A stretch of 63,764 nucleotides of DNA, filler included, from Octopus bimaculoides (Eukaryota), in NCBI RefSeq assembly GCF_001194135.2. It is 6 parts of 6 records of this genome, joined end to end, with 100 filler letters (N's around TTAATTAATTAA, not from the genome) between each part and the next. Parts side by side here need not be neighbours in the genome. Positions count along the whole stretch, not along the records: positions 1 to 15,352 come from NC_069000.1; positions 15,453 to 37,842 come from NC_068992.1; 4 more parts are not named here. The stretch is one strand, 5' to 3'. The notes below the pieces were generated by a model, which saw only the letters and a program-made list of their open reading frames with translations, was not told the origin of the DNA and searched no databases. Below, in pieces: positions 12,685-26,785 of the stretch (positions within the stretch are counted from its first letter, which is position 1; each line of letters begins with the position of its first letter). Both the position numbers and the translations under genes were made by a program.

Positions 12685-14739
12685 NNNNNNNNNNNNNNNN
12701 NNNNNNNNNNNNNNNNNNNNNNNNNNNNNNNNNNNNNNNNNNNNNNNNNNNNNNNNNNNNNNNNNNNNNNNNNNNNNNNNNNNNNNNNNNNNNNNNNNNN
12801 NNNNNNNNNNNNNNNNNNNNNNNNNNNNNNNNNNNNNNNNNNNNNNNNNNNNNNNNNNNNNNNNNNNNNNNNNNNNNNNNNNNNNNNNNNNNNNNNNNNN
12901 NNNNNNNNNNNNNNNNNNNNNNNNNNNNNNNNNNNNNNNNNNNNNNNNNNNNNNNNNNNNNNNNNNNNNNNNNNNNNNNNNNNNNNNNNNNNNNNNNNNN
13001 NNNNNNNNNNNNNNNNNNNNNNNNNNNNNNNNNNNNNNNNNNNNNNNNNNNNNNNNNNNNNNNNNNNNNNNNNNNNNNNNNNNNNNNNNNNNNNNNNNNN
13101 NNNNNNNNNNNNNNNNNNNNNNNNNNNNNNNNNNNNNNNNNNNNNNNNNNNNNNNNNNNNNNNNNNTGTATATATATATATATACATACATACATACATA
13201 TGTGTGAGTGTGTGTTAGCGCTAGCGTTGAGAAGAGTCATTGGGGATCTAGTCTTTCTCATTCGCAAAATGAGACCCCATTAATCTTGCTCAGATTGCTT
13301 TCAATTTTGGTGTATCGATGCAACTCTGAATTTTGATTACGATCAACCAATTACATTATCTCGTAAATTAAAAAAACCTGATGTTGGGACATTTGGGTAA
13401 TTTTAGCCAATCAACAGACAGCGTGACATTAGCAACTTGTTACCATGATAATCGCACGTTGTGTTGTGCTTCACTGTTGCCTGTGCCACTGTTGTCTGTG
13501 TTGATTTTTCACACTTAGTATTTTTACATATTTTTCATTTCATATATTTTTGGGACTCATTGACTCAGATAGCTGGATTTATGATTTCACTAGATAAATT
13601 CTATTCATAAAAATTTTAATTAGGAGTTTTTTCTTAAACCGTTAGCTTCACATTTCAACAGCTTAACCGAAATTTAGCCCACGTGACATGAACTGAGAGG
13701 GATATCGTGGAACAGAGAAACTGTGGGTGATACAGGTAATTTGACTTTATTTTTTAATTCTGCATGCAAAAACATATAATACAGGTATTCTTTTCCCTGG
13801 GACAAATTCTTTGTTGACTAGTGTTATTCTTAACATTTACAATCCAAGCCTGAAAACGTTACTCAGCTTTGGAGTTTAGGAGACAGACACACACCCCAAC
13901 ATGCACACACACACATGCACTTGTATATTAATGCCGTACATTAAATACATGGCAGGTATACATAATCCTGAAATACGCATATATTTTTTAAAACGATAAA
14001 AACATACAATCAATGAAGAGACAAAAGAAACAGTAAGATGATACGTGTTGATTTTATTCGGCATTTCTGTTTATTTAGAAACCTATAATGAATAGGTCAG
14101 GCGCTAAACTATAAATTTCACAGGGTACAACCTTAAAGTTGACACCGCTCCGCTAAACGCAAAAAATTTCGGTTTCGCTATCGGCTAAAAATACCCAGTT
14201 TTTTCGATTTTTAAACCTCTGTAGCTTTTTTCCTTCAATTCTTCTTTTCACAACATACCTTGAAAGCAATGAGACTGGAAGGCTGCATTATTATAGCCGA
14301 TTTTCAGATTTTTTTACTCCCTTTAAAAAAACTAGATTCAATATCGGCGCAGTTTCCGCCCATTAAATTCATTCACAAAGCCCAGGTCTATAGTAGAAGA
14401 CACTAGCCCAAGATGGAACTGAAGCCGAAATCACGTGATTGCAAAGCGTACTTCTTTACCAGACAGCCATGCCTACTCTTAGAAGGCTATGAAATCTATA
14501 TTTTATCATCTTATTAAATACACAAGTAGGGAGTGGAAAAACATTTCAGTCGCATTGGGATGGGGTGGAGTGGGGTTATGTGTCAACTTGAAAACTGTGG
14601 ATTATACGGTTCATTATGTTTCAAGCTGAAAACAGCTTGAAAACCGTGGATTACAGCCAGTGGATTACACGGTTCATTATGTTTTTGATCAGCGCAAGTC
14701 AACCAAGAAATGTTGACGGTTGGCAAGTGATAAGTCTCT

Positions 14740-15115
14740 TTGTTGTGAACCATCAGAATAAATTCGATATAGAACAAAAAAAGATGTCGCAGGAGGTAGA
14801 GTTAACATATTATAAGAAATGCTACTTCTTCGCATTGAGAGGTCACAGCTCTGTTATTACGGACATGTGATCAGAATGGCGCAAGAAAGAATCGCAAGGC
14901 AGATTCTTTATGCCAACCGGCAGGAGATGTAGAGGTAGATCGAGAATGAAATGGTTGGATAATATCCATGGTCTCGGTTGATCGCACTTGAGAATTCATT
15001 TGGAAACAATAATGACGTTTGCTTCTGATAGGACCCTGTGAAGGAGATGCGTGAGGGCTCTACACTCATGACCCTTCCAGGAAGAGTAGGCGGAAATGAT
15101 GGATGGAGGGAGGGA
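14740..15115 (+). mobile_element. RTE-clade LINE 3' fragment
   Basis: LLLRIERSQLCYYGHVIRMAQERIARQILYA..GRCRGRSRMKWLDNI matches the RTE C-terminal RLRWFGHV.RM...GRPR.RW.D block. Confidence 0.8.
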
Positions 15116-15156
15116 GGTAAGGAGGGATTGCAACTGATATGCAAAAATAGCCTTTA

Positions 15157-15352
15157 AGGCGGCGAACTGGCAGAAACGTTAGCACGCCGGGCGAAATACT
15201 TAGTGGTATTACGTCTGCCACTACGTTCTGAGTTCAAATTCCGCCGAGGTCGACTTTGCCTTTCAGCCTTTCGGGGTCGATAAATTAAGTACCAGTTACG
15301 CACTGGGGTCGATATAATCGACTTGACCTCTTTGTCCGTCCTTGTTTGCACC
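15157..15352 (+). mobile_element. SINE family B copy
   Basis: Near-consensus head and core, ending at the contig join. Confidence 0.9.
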
Positions 15353-15452
15353 NNNNNNNNNNNNNNNNNNNNNNNNNNNNNNNNNNNNNNNNNNNNTTAA
15401 TTAATTAANNNNNNNNNNNNNNNNNNNNNNNNNNNNNNNNNNNNNNNNNNNN
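15353..15452. other. Artificial contig-join spacer 1
   Basis: 44 N + TTAATTAATTAA (15397-15408) + 44 N. Confidence 0.97.
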
Positions 15453-17179
15453 AATTCCATTCTACTTAATGTAGCTCTTAATATATACAATTTTGGGTTC
15501 ATGTAAAGAATTTTCATTCAAGTCTTGGATTTTATTAATATTTTTAACAGAATATACGTTTTTTTCATTTTAAATTTAAAGGTTGATCGTTAAAAAAAGT
15601 ATTGTAATTATATTTTTTTCCACCATTTTTTTTTTCTATTTTTTCAGTTTATGGGATTTTAAGTTTGAAATTGATAGAACAAAACTAGAACCTTGTCTGT
15701 TTTCCTTTCACTTAAAATATTAAATCAGGATTGGAAAAATGTAAAAAATATATTGAAAATATATGTTAAATTTTAATGCATCTTTTGATTTTGATTTCAC
15801 TATTTTACATATAAATTGAAATTTACCTTTCAATTTTAATCTAAAATAGAACCAATACTTCTTAGATATAAATTACTATTGTCTAAATAAAATATGCTGT
15901 AATTTATGTCATTTTTTAGGCTTAAGCCTGTCATGATAATGTAAGCCTATTTTTATGTAACCTTCACATTTACAAAGATTAGAGTATAGGTGAGATTTGA
16001 CTGCTATTTCTTGTAGGTCAGACATTCACGTACATCAAGTCTCTGATGTCAGCTTGTGAAATTTGACCATACTCAAACACACTTATATATACACATCAAG
16101 TGCAGAAATGCATACAAGCACTTAAAACCAACAAGGCCATTGGCTTTAGCAATATCTTTTCTATTATGCTCAATCATTGTGCCCTAGAGTGGCTCCTGTT
16201 CTCACCAGACTGTTCAAACTCACACTATCTAAAGAAACCTATTCCAATCTTTGGAAAATGCTGCAGAATGTTCTAAATTGTATGTGGTATTCTTAAAAAT
16301 CTTACATTAAAGCTTAGAACAGCTGAGGTTTCTATATAGTTTATATTAAGATTTGAGATAACAAACTGTAATTTCCCCCTCCTGGGTCTGGCCTTGTTGT
16401 GGTGAGAGGACTTGCATGTTCCATAGATCTGAGAGGGCATTAACATACAGAGTCTTGCTCCGGGTAGGGCCACCCTAGGTGGGCCAGTTTCCTGGGGATG
16501 TTCTAGATTAACAGTGACCCACTGTGCTTTGGCTCATCACCAAGATGGCAGCCCCATCATCCGACTATTCTACAGAAGACCAAGAACCCACTCAAAAGAG
16601 CCTTCAGCCTGTTACAACAGCAACAAGAAGAGACCAGACTGCTGAACAACTGCAATTTATTCATATTTGTATGGTTAATTCTAATTAGAAAATCTAACAA
16701 AGGCAGTGATATCTGACCTTGTTGGACATTAGTGGAAATAATGTGTCCTGTCCATAGTACAGTGCGGTATCTTCAATATATATATATTTGAATATATATA
16801 TAAGAATATATATACATATATATATACACACAATTATATGTATATATATACACAATTCTATGTCTATATATGTATACACACATATGCACTCAAGTTATAT
16901 AATGTTTTAGTACTGATTCCAATATCATTTACTGACAGTATTTAAATGTAAACTAAGTTTTGGTTTTATCATTAAGAAAATAAAAGCCAGCATACTTTAT
17001 CTTTAGAATTTATCACTTCTTCATGTACCATTTCTTCTTCCTTCTTTTTATATGACAGTCCTCCCCTACCCACCACCACTTCCCTATACACACACACATA
17101 CACACATACATACCATGCAATGCCTTGGAAAAATAAATTTGGTCTGTAGCGATACAATGAATGTGAATCTGCCTGTTAC

Positions 17180-17231
17180 CAGATGTCAGGAGTTTGTTTA
17201 ATCAAATGTTTCCACTGTGGGGCCTTAAAGT
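17180..17231 (-). CDS. Candidate short exon (phase 1-2)
   Basis: Strong acceptor ...ttaccattttcctgcag| and donor CTG|gtaaca; only open frame is xFKAPQWKHLIKQTPDI(W/C). Confidence 0.35.
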
Positions 17232-17420
17232 CTGCAGGAAAATGGTAAAAAAATGGTTTAAGTAAGCAAGGAATCAAAATGAGAAGATAATGGGTTAGTT
17301 CCCCCCACCCCCACCTCACTATACTGACGAGCCACAGTGACATTCTGCTAAAGTGTCCAAATTCCTGTTCAGAATTCCCAATAATGCATACACATCCATG
17401 TATATGTATTTATTTTATAC

Positions 17421-17458
<38 letters not shown>

Positions 17459-17827
17459 NNNNNNNNNNNNNNNNNNNNNNNNNNNNNNNNNNNNNNNNNN
17501 NNNNNNNNNNNNNNNNNNNNNNNNNNNNNNNNNNNNNNNNNNNNNNNNNNNNNNNNNNNNNNNNNNNNNNNNNNNNNNNNNNNNNNNNNNNNNNNNNNNN
17601 NNNNNNNNNNNNNNNNNNNNNNNNNNNNNNNNNNNNNNNNNNNNNNNNNNNNNNNNNNNNNNNNNNNNNNNNNNNNNNNNNNNNNNNNNNNNNNNNNNNN
17701 NNNNNNNNNNNNNNNNNNNNNNNNNNNNNNNNNNNNNNNNNNNNNNNNNNNNNNNNNNNNNNNNNNNNNNNNNNNNNNNNNNNNNNNNNNNNNNNNNNNN
17801 NNNNNNNNNNNNNNNNNNNNNNNNNNN

Positions 17828-17859
<32 letters not shown>

Positions 17860-17867
17860 ATCACCAT

Positions 17868-18430
17868 CATTTTCATTTAACATCTGTTCTCCATGCTGGC
17901 ATGGGTTGGATGACTTGACAGGAGCTGAAGGCTGCCCAGGTTCTGTGCCTGTTTTGGCAAGGCTTCTACAGCTGGATGCCCTTCCTAGTGACAACCACTT
18001 TACAGAGTGTACTGGGCGCTTTTACACAGCACCTGCACAGGTGCATTTACATGGCACAGTTTCAGGTGCATTTTACATGGTACCAGCACTCATGATCCCA
18101 CAAGATTAGGGATTCTCAGCTGGGGCGTGATACAGGGGACAAACCTGTATGCAAGGACAACCTTGCTTTACTTAGCTTCACATGTCTTTTTAAGCACAGC
18201 AGGAGTCTCTGTTCCCTGTTATCCCCTTCTGTGAGCCCCAATATCCATAGATCCTTTCTCGCCACTTCATCACACATTTCCTTGGGTCCACCTCTTCCCC
18301 ATGTTCCCTCTACAATTAGAGATTTGCACCTCTTGAAGCAATTGCCTTCATTCATACACATTACATGGCCATACCAGTGCAGTTTTCTCTCTTACACACT
18401 ACATCTGATGCCTCACATACCCAGTTTTTC
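17868..18430 (-). mobile_element. RTE-clade LINE 3' end with (ATG)n tail
   Basis: LHWYGHVMCMNEGNCFKRCKSLIVEGTWGRGGPKEMCDEVARKDLWILGLTE, then a 3'UTR; a related 3'UTR piece lies at ~21820-22110. Confidence 0.82.
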
Positions 18431-18477
18431 TCTCAAATCACTTACGCACACATATGCATGCAAATATGTGTATGTGC

Positions 18478-18512
<35 letters not shown>

Positions 18513-19986
18513 CATATATGTGTATGTGACTATACATGTGTCTGTTAGTGCTTGTGTGCATGCCTCCATATGTGTGTGTGTTTGTACATACAGACTGTTT
18601 TTGTAACTACCCCTTTAATGTCAGTAGCCCTTTAATCCCCCCCTCTCTCTCTCTGTCTTTCTCTCTTCCCCTCCTGCTCATCCCCATCTTCTTTCACTTT
18701 CTTCTTTAAGCTCCCTATTAGAATTCTAGTTCCCAGTCAAAATATAATGTTGCTCTCTCATTCTTCTGCTTCCCTGCTTTACTACCATCTTGTAATTTCC
18801 CACCCCTCTCCCTCTCAACTGCTATTCCCACCCTCACCCCCACCTCTCTGTCTCCATGTCTGTAATTCTGTCATCAAATACTAACTAACCTCCCCCACCA
18901 CTCTACTCTCTCTCCCTTTCTCCCCCCCCCACTTTTGCTCTCTGTGCTTCTGATATACCCTCACACCCTCACTATTTCTGTCTTTCTCTTTCTCCTTGTC
19001 TTCTAATGTTTTCTCTACCTATTGGAATCTCTTTTTCTGACAGTATATATTTGTGTATGTGTGTGTGTGTGTATAGCACACACACACACACACACGTATG
19101 TATGCATGTACGTTGATTTGTATATTTATACTATATTGCTTAAGCAATAAATATACTAAAATTTTAACAATACAGAGAAGATATGTATATTTATGTATGT
19201 AAATAGAGAGGTAGATACACACATATATACATGCATATATATATATACATGTATAATATANNNNNNNNNNNNNNNNNNNNNNNNNNNNNNNNNNNNNNNN
19301 NNNNNNNNNNNNNNNNNNNNNNNNNNNNNNNNNNNNNNNNNNNNNNNNNNNNNNNNNNNNNNNNNNNNNNNNNNNNNNNNNNNNNNNNNNNNNNNNNNNN
19401 NNNNNNNNNNNNNNNNNNNNNNNNNNNNNNNNNNNNNNNNNNNNNNNNNNNNNNNNNNNNNNNNNNNNNNNNNNNNNNNNNNNNNNNNNNNNNNNNNNNN
19501 NNNNNNNNNNNNNNNNNNNNNNNNNNNNNNNNNNNNNNNNNNNNNNNNNNNNNNNNNNNNNNNNNNNNNNNNNNNNNNNNNNNNNNNNNNNNNNNNNNNN
19601 NNNNNNNNNNNNNNNNNNNNNNNNNNNNNNNNNNNNNNNNNNNNNNNNNNNNNNNNNNNNNNNNNNNNNNNNNNNNNNNNNNNNNNNNNNNNNNNNNNNN
19701 NNNNNNNNNNNNNNNNNNNNNNNNNNNNNNNNNNNNNNNNNNNNNNNNNNNNNNNNNNNNNNNNNNNNNNNNNNNNNNNNNNNNNNNNNNNNNNNNNNNN
19801 NNNNNNNNNNNNNNNNNNNNNNNNNNNNNNNNNNNNNNNNNNNNNNNNNNNNNNNNNNNNNNNNNNNNNNNNNNNNNNNNNNNNNNNNNNNNNNNNNNNN
19901 NNNNNNNNNNNNNNNNNNNNNNNNNNNNNNNNNNNNNNNNNNNNNNNNNNNNNNNNNNNNNNNNNNNNNNNNNNNNNNNNNNNNNA

Positions 19987-20196
19987 CTCTTTACTCTCCT
20001 ACTTGTTTCAGTCATTTGACTGTGGCCATGCTGGAGCACCGCCTTTAGTCGAGAAAATCGACCCCAGGACTTATTCTTTGGATGCCTAGTACTTATTCTA
20101 TCAGTCTCTTTTGCCAAACTGCTAAGGTATAGGGATGTAAATACACCTGTATCGGTTGTCAAGCGATGTTGGGGGGACACAGACACACAAACATAT

Positions 20197-20249
<53 letters not shown>

Positions 20250-20330
20250 NNNNNNNNNNTTTCAGTTTCCGTTTACCAAATCCACTCACAAGGCATTGGT
20301 CGGCCCTAGGCTATAGAAGAAGACACTTGC
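19987..20330 (-). mobile_element. SINE family A copy
   Basis: Tail, (TA)n core containing a 10-N gap, and body. Confidence 0.85.
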
Positions 20331-20341
20331 ATGAATGTATA

Positions 20342-20393
<52 letters not shown>

Positions 20394-20747
20394 ATAGTTT
20401 CTGTCATGATATTTAGACATTTGAACATTTTTCAGGGACTTCTACAGATAATAATTTCATAATATATTATAATTAATGCTAATTTATGTTCAAGTATGAT
20501 ACTACATACTTTGTTCTACTTGACAAATTTTTCTTTTTCCATATAACATGTTCAACTATTCTATAGTCAGGGTGCATTTGGTTAACACAATTTCTCTTTG
20601 TTGGATGAAATTGCTATTGTATCGATTGCATTTAATTTGTATCATCTGTACTGTTGTATACTTTTGTCTACTAAATTCTTTATGTGTCTGTTTCCAACAA
20701 GTATTTCTTTTATTTGCATTAATTTCCTTTTGCAGTAGTGTTTTCCT

Positions 20748-20817
20748 TTATGGAACAGAATCTAAAGGTTCTTTTGCTAATATCCATTTCATGAAGACAA
20801 TGAAAGCAAAAGAAGAT
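20748..20817 (-). CDS. Candidate terminal coding exon
   Basis: Acceptor ...tttgtccgtcttaagttcctag|; the phase-2 frame gives SSFAFIVFMKWILAKEPLDSVP* and AATAAA lies about 35 nt past the stop. Phase-compatible with the 36320-36539 exon. Confidence 0.25.
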
Positions 20818-20953
20818 CTAGGAACTTAAGACGGACAAATAAACTTTATTGTTACAAACGAAATATAAAAGAAACAATTGAGAAGAAATATAACAACAAA
20901 AACATTCATAATATAACAAAAACAAAAGAAGATCAAACTGAGCGCACTCACTA

Positions 20954-21005
<52 letters not shown>

Positions 21006-21016
21006 ATTTATGTATA

Positions 21017-21052
<36 letters not shown>

Positions 21053-21252
21053 NNNNNNNNNNNNNNNNNNNNNNNNNNNNNNNNNNNNNNNNNNNNNNNN
21101 NNNNNNNNNNNNNNNNNNNNNNNNNNNNNNNNNNNNNNNNNNNNNNNNNNNNNNNNNNNNNNNNNNNNNNNNNNNNNNNNNNNNNNNNNNNNNNNNNNNN
21201 NNNNNNNNNNNNNNNNNNNNNNNNNNNNNNNNNNNNNNNNNNNNNNNNNNNN

Positions 21253-21308
<56 letters not shown>

Positions 21309-21587
21309 TAAATATATATACATATATATATTTAAATATATATGCATAAATATATATACATATGTGTGTACATATATATACGTATATATATTTATATATA
21401 TATACATACACACACACACACACACACACATATTATAGACTGCATTTACTTGAATACAAAGCAATCTTGTACCTAAACATCTGTAATATATTTCATCTTT
21501 TCATCTATTTTTTCCACTACAGTAAAATGTTACCCCTCCCCCACTTTTGACCCCACCATATTCTATCAAATTTCTTGCATTATACAG

Positions 21588-21656
21588 GAGCAAATATGGT
21601 GAATGCATATATTATTAAAGATACAACAGTGCATGAAGTATTTGAGGACATATTTG
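21588..21656 (+). CDS. Candidate short exon (phase 1-1)
   Basis: Acceptor ...tttcttgcattatacag| and donor TTTG|gtaatt; (G)ANMVNAYIIKDTTVHEVFEDIF(G/D). Opposite strand to the neighbouring candidates, so they cannot all be one gene. Confidence 0.3.
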
Positions 21657-22194
21657 GTAATTTAATAAAACAACTCGTATCCAGTAAAAAAAAATTCATT
21701 TTAATAAAAAATTGTGTACTCATTGACTGTAAGATTTCTTCTAATATTATTTTATGAATCTACCTTCAGTTTCAGTGACTGTTTCGATGCATGACCAGAA
21801 TCAATGACATTCCTGCATCGAATGTTCATCATCACCATCATCATTATCATCATTTAACATCCGTTTTCCATGCTAGCATGGGCCAGACAATTTGACTGGA
21901 GCTGGTAAGATGGTGAGTTGCACCAGGCTCCAGTCTGTTTTGGTTTAGTTCCTATGGTTGGATGACCATCCGAATGCCAACAACTTCACAGAGTGTACCA
22001 GATGCCTTTTACATGTCATTGGCATGGGTGCCTTTTACATGGCTCAGGTGCCATTCACATATCACCAATTCTAGGCCACAATGACGATTTCACTTATCAT
22101 GGAATCGTGTTCATGGCTTAAGTACACCTGAGAAACGACAGCTTTCAGTGAAGTTATCGTATTGTGTGAATCTCAATTAGTCTCCCTTTCAACA

Positions 22195-22357
22195 TAGGCA
22201 CAGGTGTGGCTGTGCAGTAAGAAGCTTGCTTCCCAACCACATGGTTCTGTGTTCAGTCCCACTATGTGGCACTGTGGGCAAGTATCTTCTACTATAGCCC
22301 TGGGCTGATCAAAGCCTTGTAAGTGGATTTGGTAGACAGAAACTGAAAGAAGGTTGT

Positions 22358-22425
<68 letters not shown>

Positions 22426-22630
22426 TCCCCCCCCCCATCACCGCTTGAAAACTGGTGTTGGTGTGTTTAGGTCCCCGTAACTTAGCGGTTTGCAAAAGTG
22501 CCAATAGAATAGGTAACAGGCTTAAAAAATAAGTCCTGGGGTCAATTTGTTTGATTAAAACCTCTTCAAGGCAGTACTCCAGCATGGCCACAGTCAAATG
22601 ACTGAAACAAGTAATAGAGTAATAAAATAA
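22195..22630 (+). mobile_element. SINE family A, full copy with CpG decay
   Basis: Head, (GT)n and tail; consensus CpGs mostly changed to TG/CA. Confidence 0.88.
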
Positions 22631-22975
22631 TGCTCCAAATGTAGTTGCCCATGTTATTTAAATCTGGTGAATTTTGAGGCCACAAGTGTGGTGTTACACG
22701 ATTGCAAAGATAGTCTGAGATCCCTTCTTGAGTTATATAAGCTTTGTGAGAAGGGACTGGGTTTTGACAAAACACATGGGGCATTACACTGTGTAGATCA
22801 TCTGTCTCCAGTACCTCGGCATGTCCAGCATGATTAATTCTAAGGTTCTATGAAAAGATGTGAGGAATGATCTTTATTACTCACCATTCCTAAAAGCACT
22901 GCACTGGCTGGAAATTTAATGCGTTTCGCTCTGGGAACATCAGAAAGATTTGCACTTAACCATTTGTCATTTCTA
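22630..22975 (-). mobile_element. Tc1/mariner (maT-like) catalytic-domain fragment
   Basis: Decayed translation NDKWL...VP...KFPA..LGMVS / HVFCQNPVPSHKA..TQE / WPQNSPDLNNMGNYIWS (WPPNSPDLNP.DY motif). Confidence 0.85.
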
Positions 22976-23308
22976 CTATTAGAGTTTAGATATTGATTTC
23001 AAATTTTGGCACAAGGCCAACAATTTCGGGGAATGGGTAAGTCAATTATGTTGACTGCAGTTTTCATTTGGTACCTATTCTATTGACCTCGAAAGGACAA
23101 TGGGCAAAGTTAATCTCGGCAGAGTTTGAAACATACCGATAGTATAAGTACTAGGCTTACAAAGAATAAGTCCTGGGGTCGAAGGTGGTGTTTCAGCATG
23201 GCTACAGTCAAATGACTGAAACAAGTTAAAGAATAAAAGAATAAAAGAATACATGTTTTAATGCACACATATATATGCACATATATATATATATATATAC
23301 CCACACAT

Positions 23309-23357
<49 letters not shown>

Positions 23358-24179
23358 TTCGCACTCCTTTTTTAGTCCTTTTGCCTATCTTCATCCATTT
23401 TTGTGCCTTTATTTAATTACTCTCTTTAATCACAAACATTCACCATTTATCTTGCACACTACACATACATTACATGCTAAAAACACACGCACTGCACCAC
23501 AGACATGGATATTTCCCCATACACTGCCTTGCACCCCACACACTCACATGTTGCACCAAAACACACACTGCTCTTCTTACACTCACTACAACATTCACCA
23601 ACACCACTAACACCACTTGACACACTCATGTACGCTCATGATACCATAATACACACGTCAGGCTGAATACAGATGCACACAGTTACTACATCTCATGAAT
23701 ACAAATATTACACACATGCAGTAACAGGTTTCACCCACCCCTGCTCATACACACACATCCTGCATGCCCGTATCCATACTGCATGACTATCACATATGCT
23801 GTGACATACACACATGTGCACGTGCGCGCACACATCACATACACACATGCACACTAATTAACCATTGTAAAATTGTAAACTCCCCCCAGACAGCGTATTG
23901 CACTACACATACACACTTGTTCACACATACAAATGAGTAACATTAAACCGCCTTTTCTTTCTCCTCTCTACACATCCCCTCCAGTAAACAAATTCAGGCT
24001 GAAAGACAAACAGCCCCTCCTCCCTTGCCATTGTCTGCCATTAAATATTCTGTAAAATTAAATAAGTGTCTTTGCCATTCTGAAGAGAGATGAATTCTTT
24101 GTGGTTTCATTCTCTCCTTTACAGAAACATTGCTGTTGTATTTTATATACCAGTATGTTTGCCTCTCCCTCCTCCCCCC

Positions 24180-24755
<576 letters not shown>

Positions 24756-24949
24756 ATACTGCTAAAGGGCCACTTCTTCTCTCCTTACCTCATTGGCTAA
24801 AGGGGAAGGACAGTTTTATGTATGCAACAAAACTACTATTACATGTTTGATTGCCAACTGTCATATTTTGGGTGTGAAAAGTTAACTTGTGTTGAAATCA
24901 CTCTCATTTTTAAGCATCAACACATATTGCTATACTAACCACATGAGTA

Positions 24950-25320
24950 TTAACCCTTCTGATATCAATCCATTTGAGACTGCTTCTGGTTCCATCATGA
25001 TATAAATTACCATCTCAAAGTAATCTAAATTAAATCTTTCCATCAAAATTCCATGTTAATTTATTTTCTAAACACAAGATTAATAATAACAAATGACAAA
25101 GTTACTTTACTAAATTCTTCATTATTTTCAAAATTAATTGAAACAAAAGCAATGTATTGCATCTGGAATATGGTAACAAAGGAGTCCAACCTTTTGATAA
25201 CCTGTCTGAAACTTCCCTGGTTCTATGATACAAACTCTCTCTTTTAAAGTGATTTAAATTAAAACCTTCCAACAGAACTGCATGTTGATCTATGTTCCAA
25301 ACATAATAATGACCAAGGTA
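24950..25320. mobile_element. piggyBac-like non-autonomous element (decayed)
   Basis: TTAA-CCCTT start at ~24950; internal partial repeat ctggtt.catcatgata / ctggttctatgata. Confidence 0.35.
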
Positions 25321-25601
25321 TAATAATAATAATGACTTAGTTATTTTCTTAAATTCTTCATTATGCTTCAAAGTAATTGTAACAAAATCTGTTTATTTCA
25401 ACAGAAATTTGGTGACAAAAGCATTAAAGTTGAAATTTTATTTTCCTGTTACTGCAACAATAATTAATGTTATGTTTTTATCATTGTTATATATATGGGA
25501 TGAAATTGCATAAATTTACTGTACTGATAGATGGGTTTTCTATGTAGTAGTGTAGGTAGTGATGGCAGTGCTGGTTCTTGTTGTTGTAGGAGTAGTAGTG
25601 T

Positions 25602-25945
25602 GGAGGCGCAATGGCCCAGTGGTTAGGACAGCGGACTCGCGGTCATAGGATCGCGGTTTCAATACCCAGGCCGGGCGTTGTGAGTGTTTATTGAGCGAAA
25701 ACACTTCAAGCTCCAGGAGGCTCCGGCAGGGGATGGTGGCGAACCCTGCTGTACTCTTTCACCACAACTTTCTCTCACTTCCTGTAATTCAAAGGGTCAG
25801 CCTTGTCACACTCTGTCGCGCTGAATATCCCCGAGAACTACGTTAAGGGTACACATGTCTGTGGAGTGCTCAGCCACTTGCACGTTAATATCACAAGCAG
25901 GCTGTTCCGTTGATCGGATCAACTGGAACCCTCGACGTCGTAATC
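25602..25945 (+). mobile_element. SINE family C copy
   Basis: tRNA-like head ggcgcaatggcccagtggttagg...ggtttcaatacc, body aactacgttaagggtacac...ccctcgacgtcgtaa. Minus-strand relatives at ~31520-31800 and ~30250-30545. Confidence 0.88.
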
Positions 25946-26431
25946 GACGGAGTGCCAACAGCAACAACAACTACTACTACTACTACCACCACTACCACTA
26001 CCACCACCACCATCACAACAACCACTGCCATCAGTACCACTCAGTATCACCACTACTACTACTACCATCACAACAACCACTACCATCACTACTACAATTG
26101 CCGTCCCTACCATTTCCTCAAACAACAACAGTACAGCCTTCAAACACATTATACATCCTCCCCTCACTGCTTCCCCACCACTGCAACCACCACCACCAAC
26201 ACCACCACCATCAGTAAATAGCTCCATGTAATTACTGGTTATTTATTGTATCAAAGCTTCATCCCTGCTGTTTTAGTTTATTTACTTTGCTTACTTCACT
26301 TGCTTTTCTTTACCCTTACAATCGCTCTTATCTGGGGTAGGTATGTTGCTCATTCACCCTCCCCATACCTGTGTACTTGTGTATGTACATGTATGTATAT
26401 ATATATATATATATTATGTATGTGCACATGC

Positions 26432-26465
<34 letters not shown>

Positions 26466-26519
26466 GTTTGTATGCTTATATATTATGTATATATGTGTGT
26501 GTATGCAATATATATATAT

Positions 26520-26785
26520 TCTTTTGTTCTTTTATTCTTTTATGGTTTCAGTGATTTGACTGAGGCCATGCTGGAGTACCGCCTTTTGTCGAGCAAAAGT
26601 ACTTATTCTACTTATTCTACCAGTCCATTTGCCAAACTGCTAAGTTACGGGTATGTAAACACACCAGCATCGGTTGACAAACGATACTGGGGGGACATAC
26701 ACAGACACACACACACACACATATACAAGATGGGCTTCTTTCAGTTTCCGTCTACCAAATTCACTCACAAGGCTTTGGTCAACCT
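26520..26785 (-). mobile_element. SINE family A copy, partial
   Basis: Tail and part of body. Further partial copies at ~23135-23250, 27475-27620, 30065-30230, 30570-30730, 32160-32240, 37465-37555, 47165-47310 and 56080-56285. Confidence 0.8.

Noticed and set aside
13400-13741. Possible promoter/first exon (CCAAT, CACGTG, CAG|gtaatt at 13736)
   Set aside because: Motifs are short and all frames are closed; too weak without expression data.
15397-15408. TTAATTAATTAA as a conserved regulatory or piggyBac site
   Set aside because: It is always centred in 44+44 Ns; it is an artificial linker.
22885-22975. Apparent minus-strand exon with strong ATG|gtgagt donor
   Set aside because: The frame continues into a recognisable maT transposase, so it is transposon sequence.
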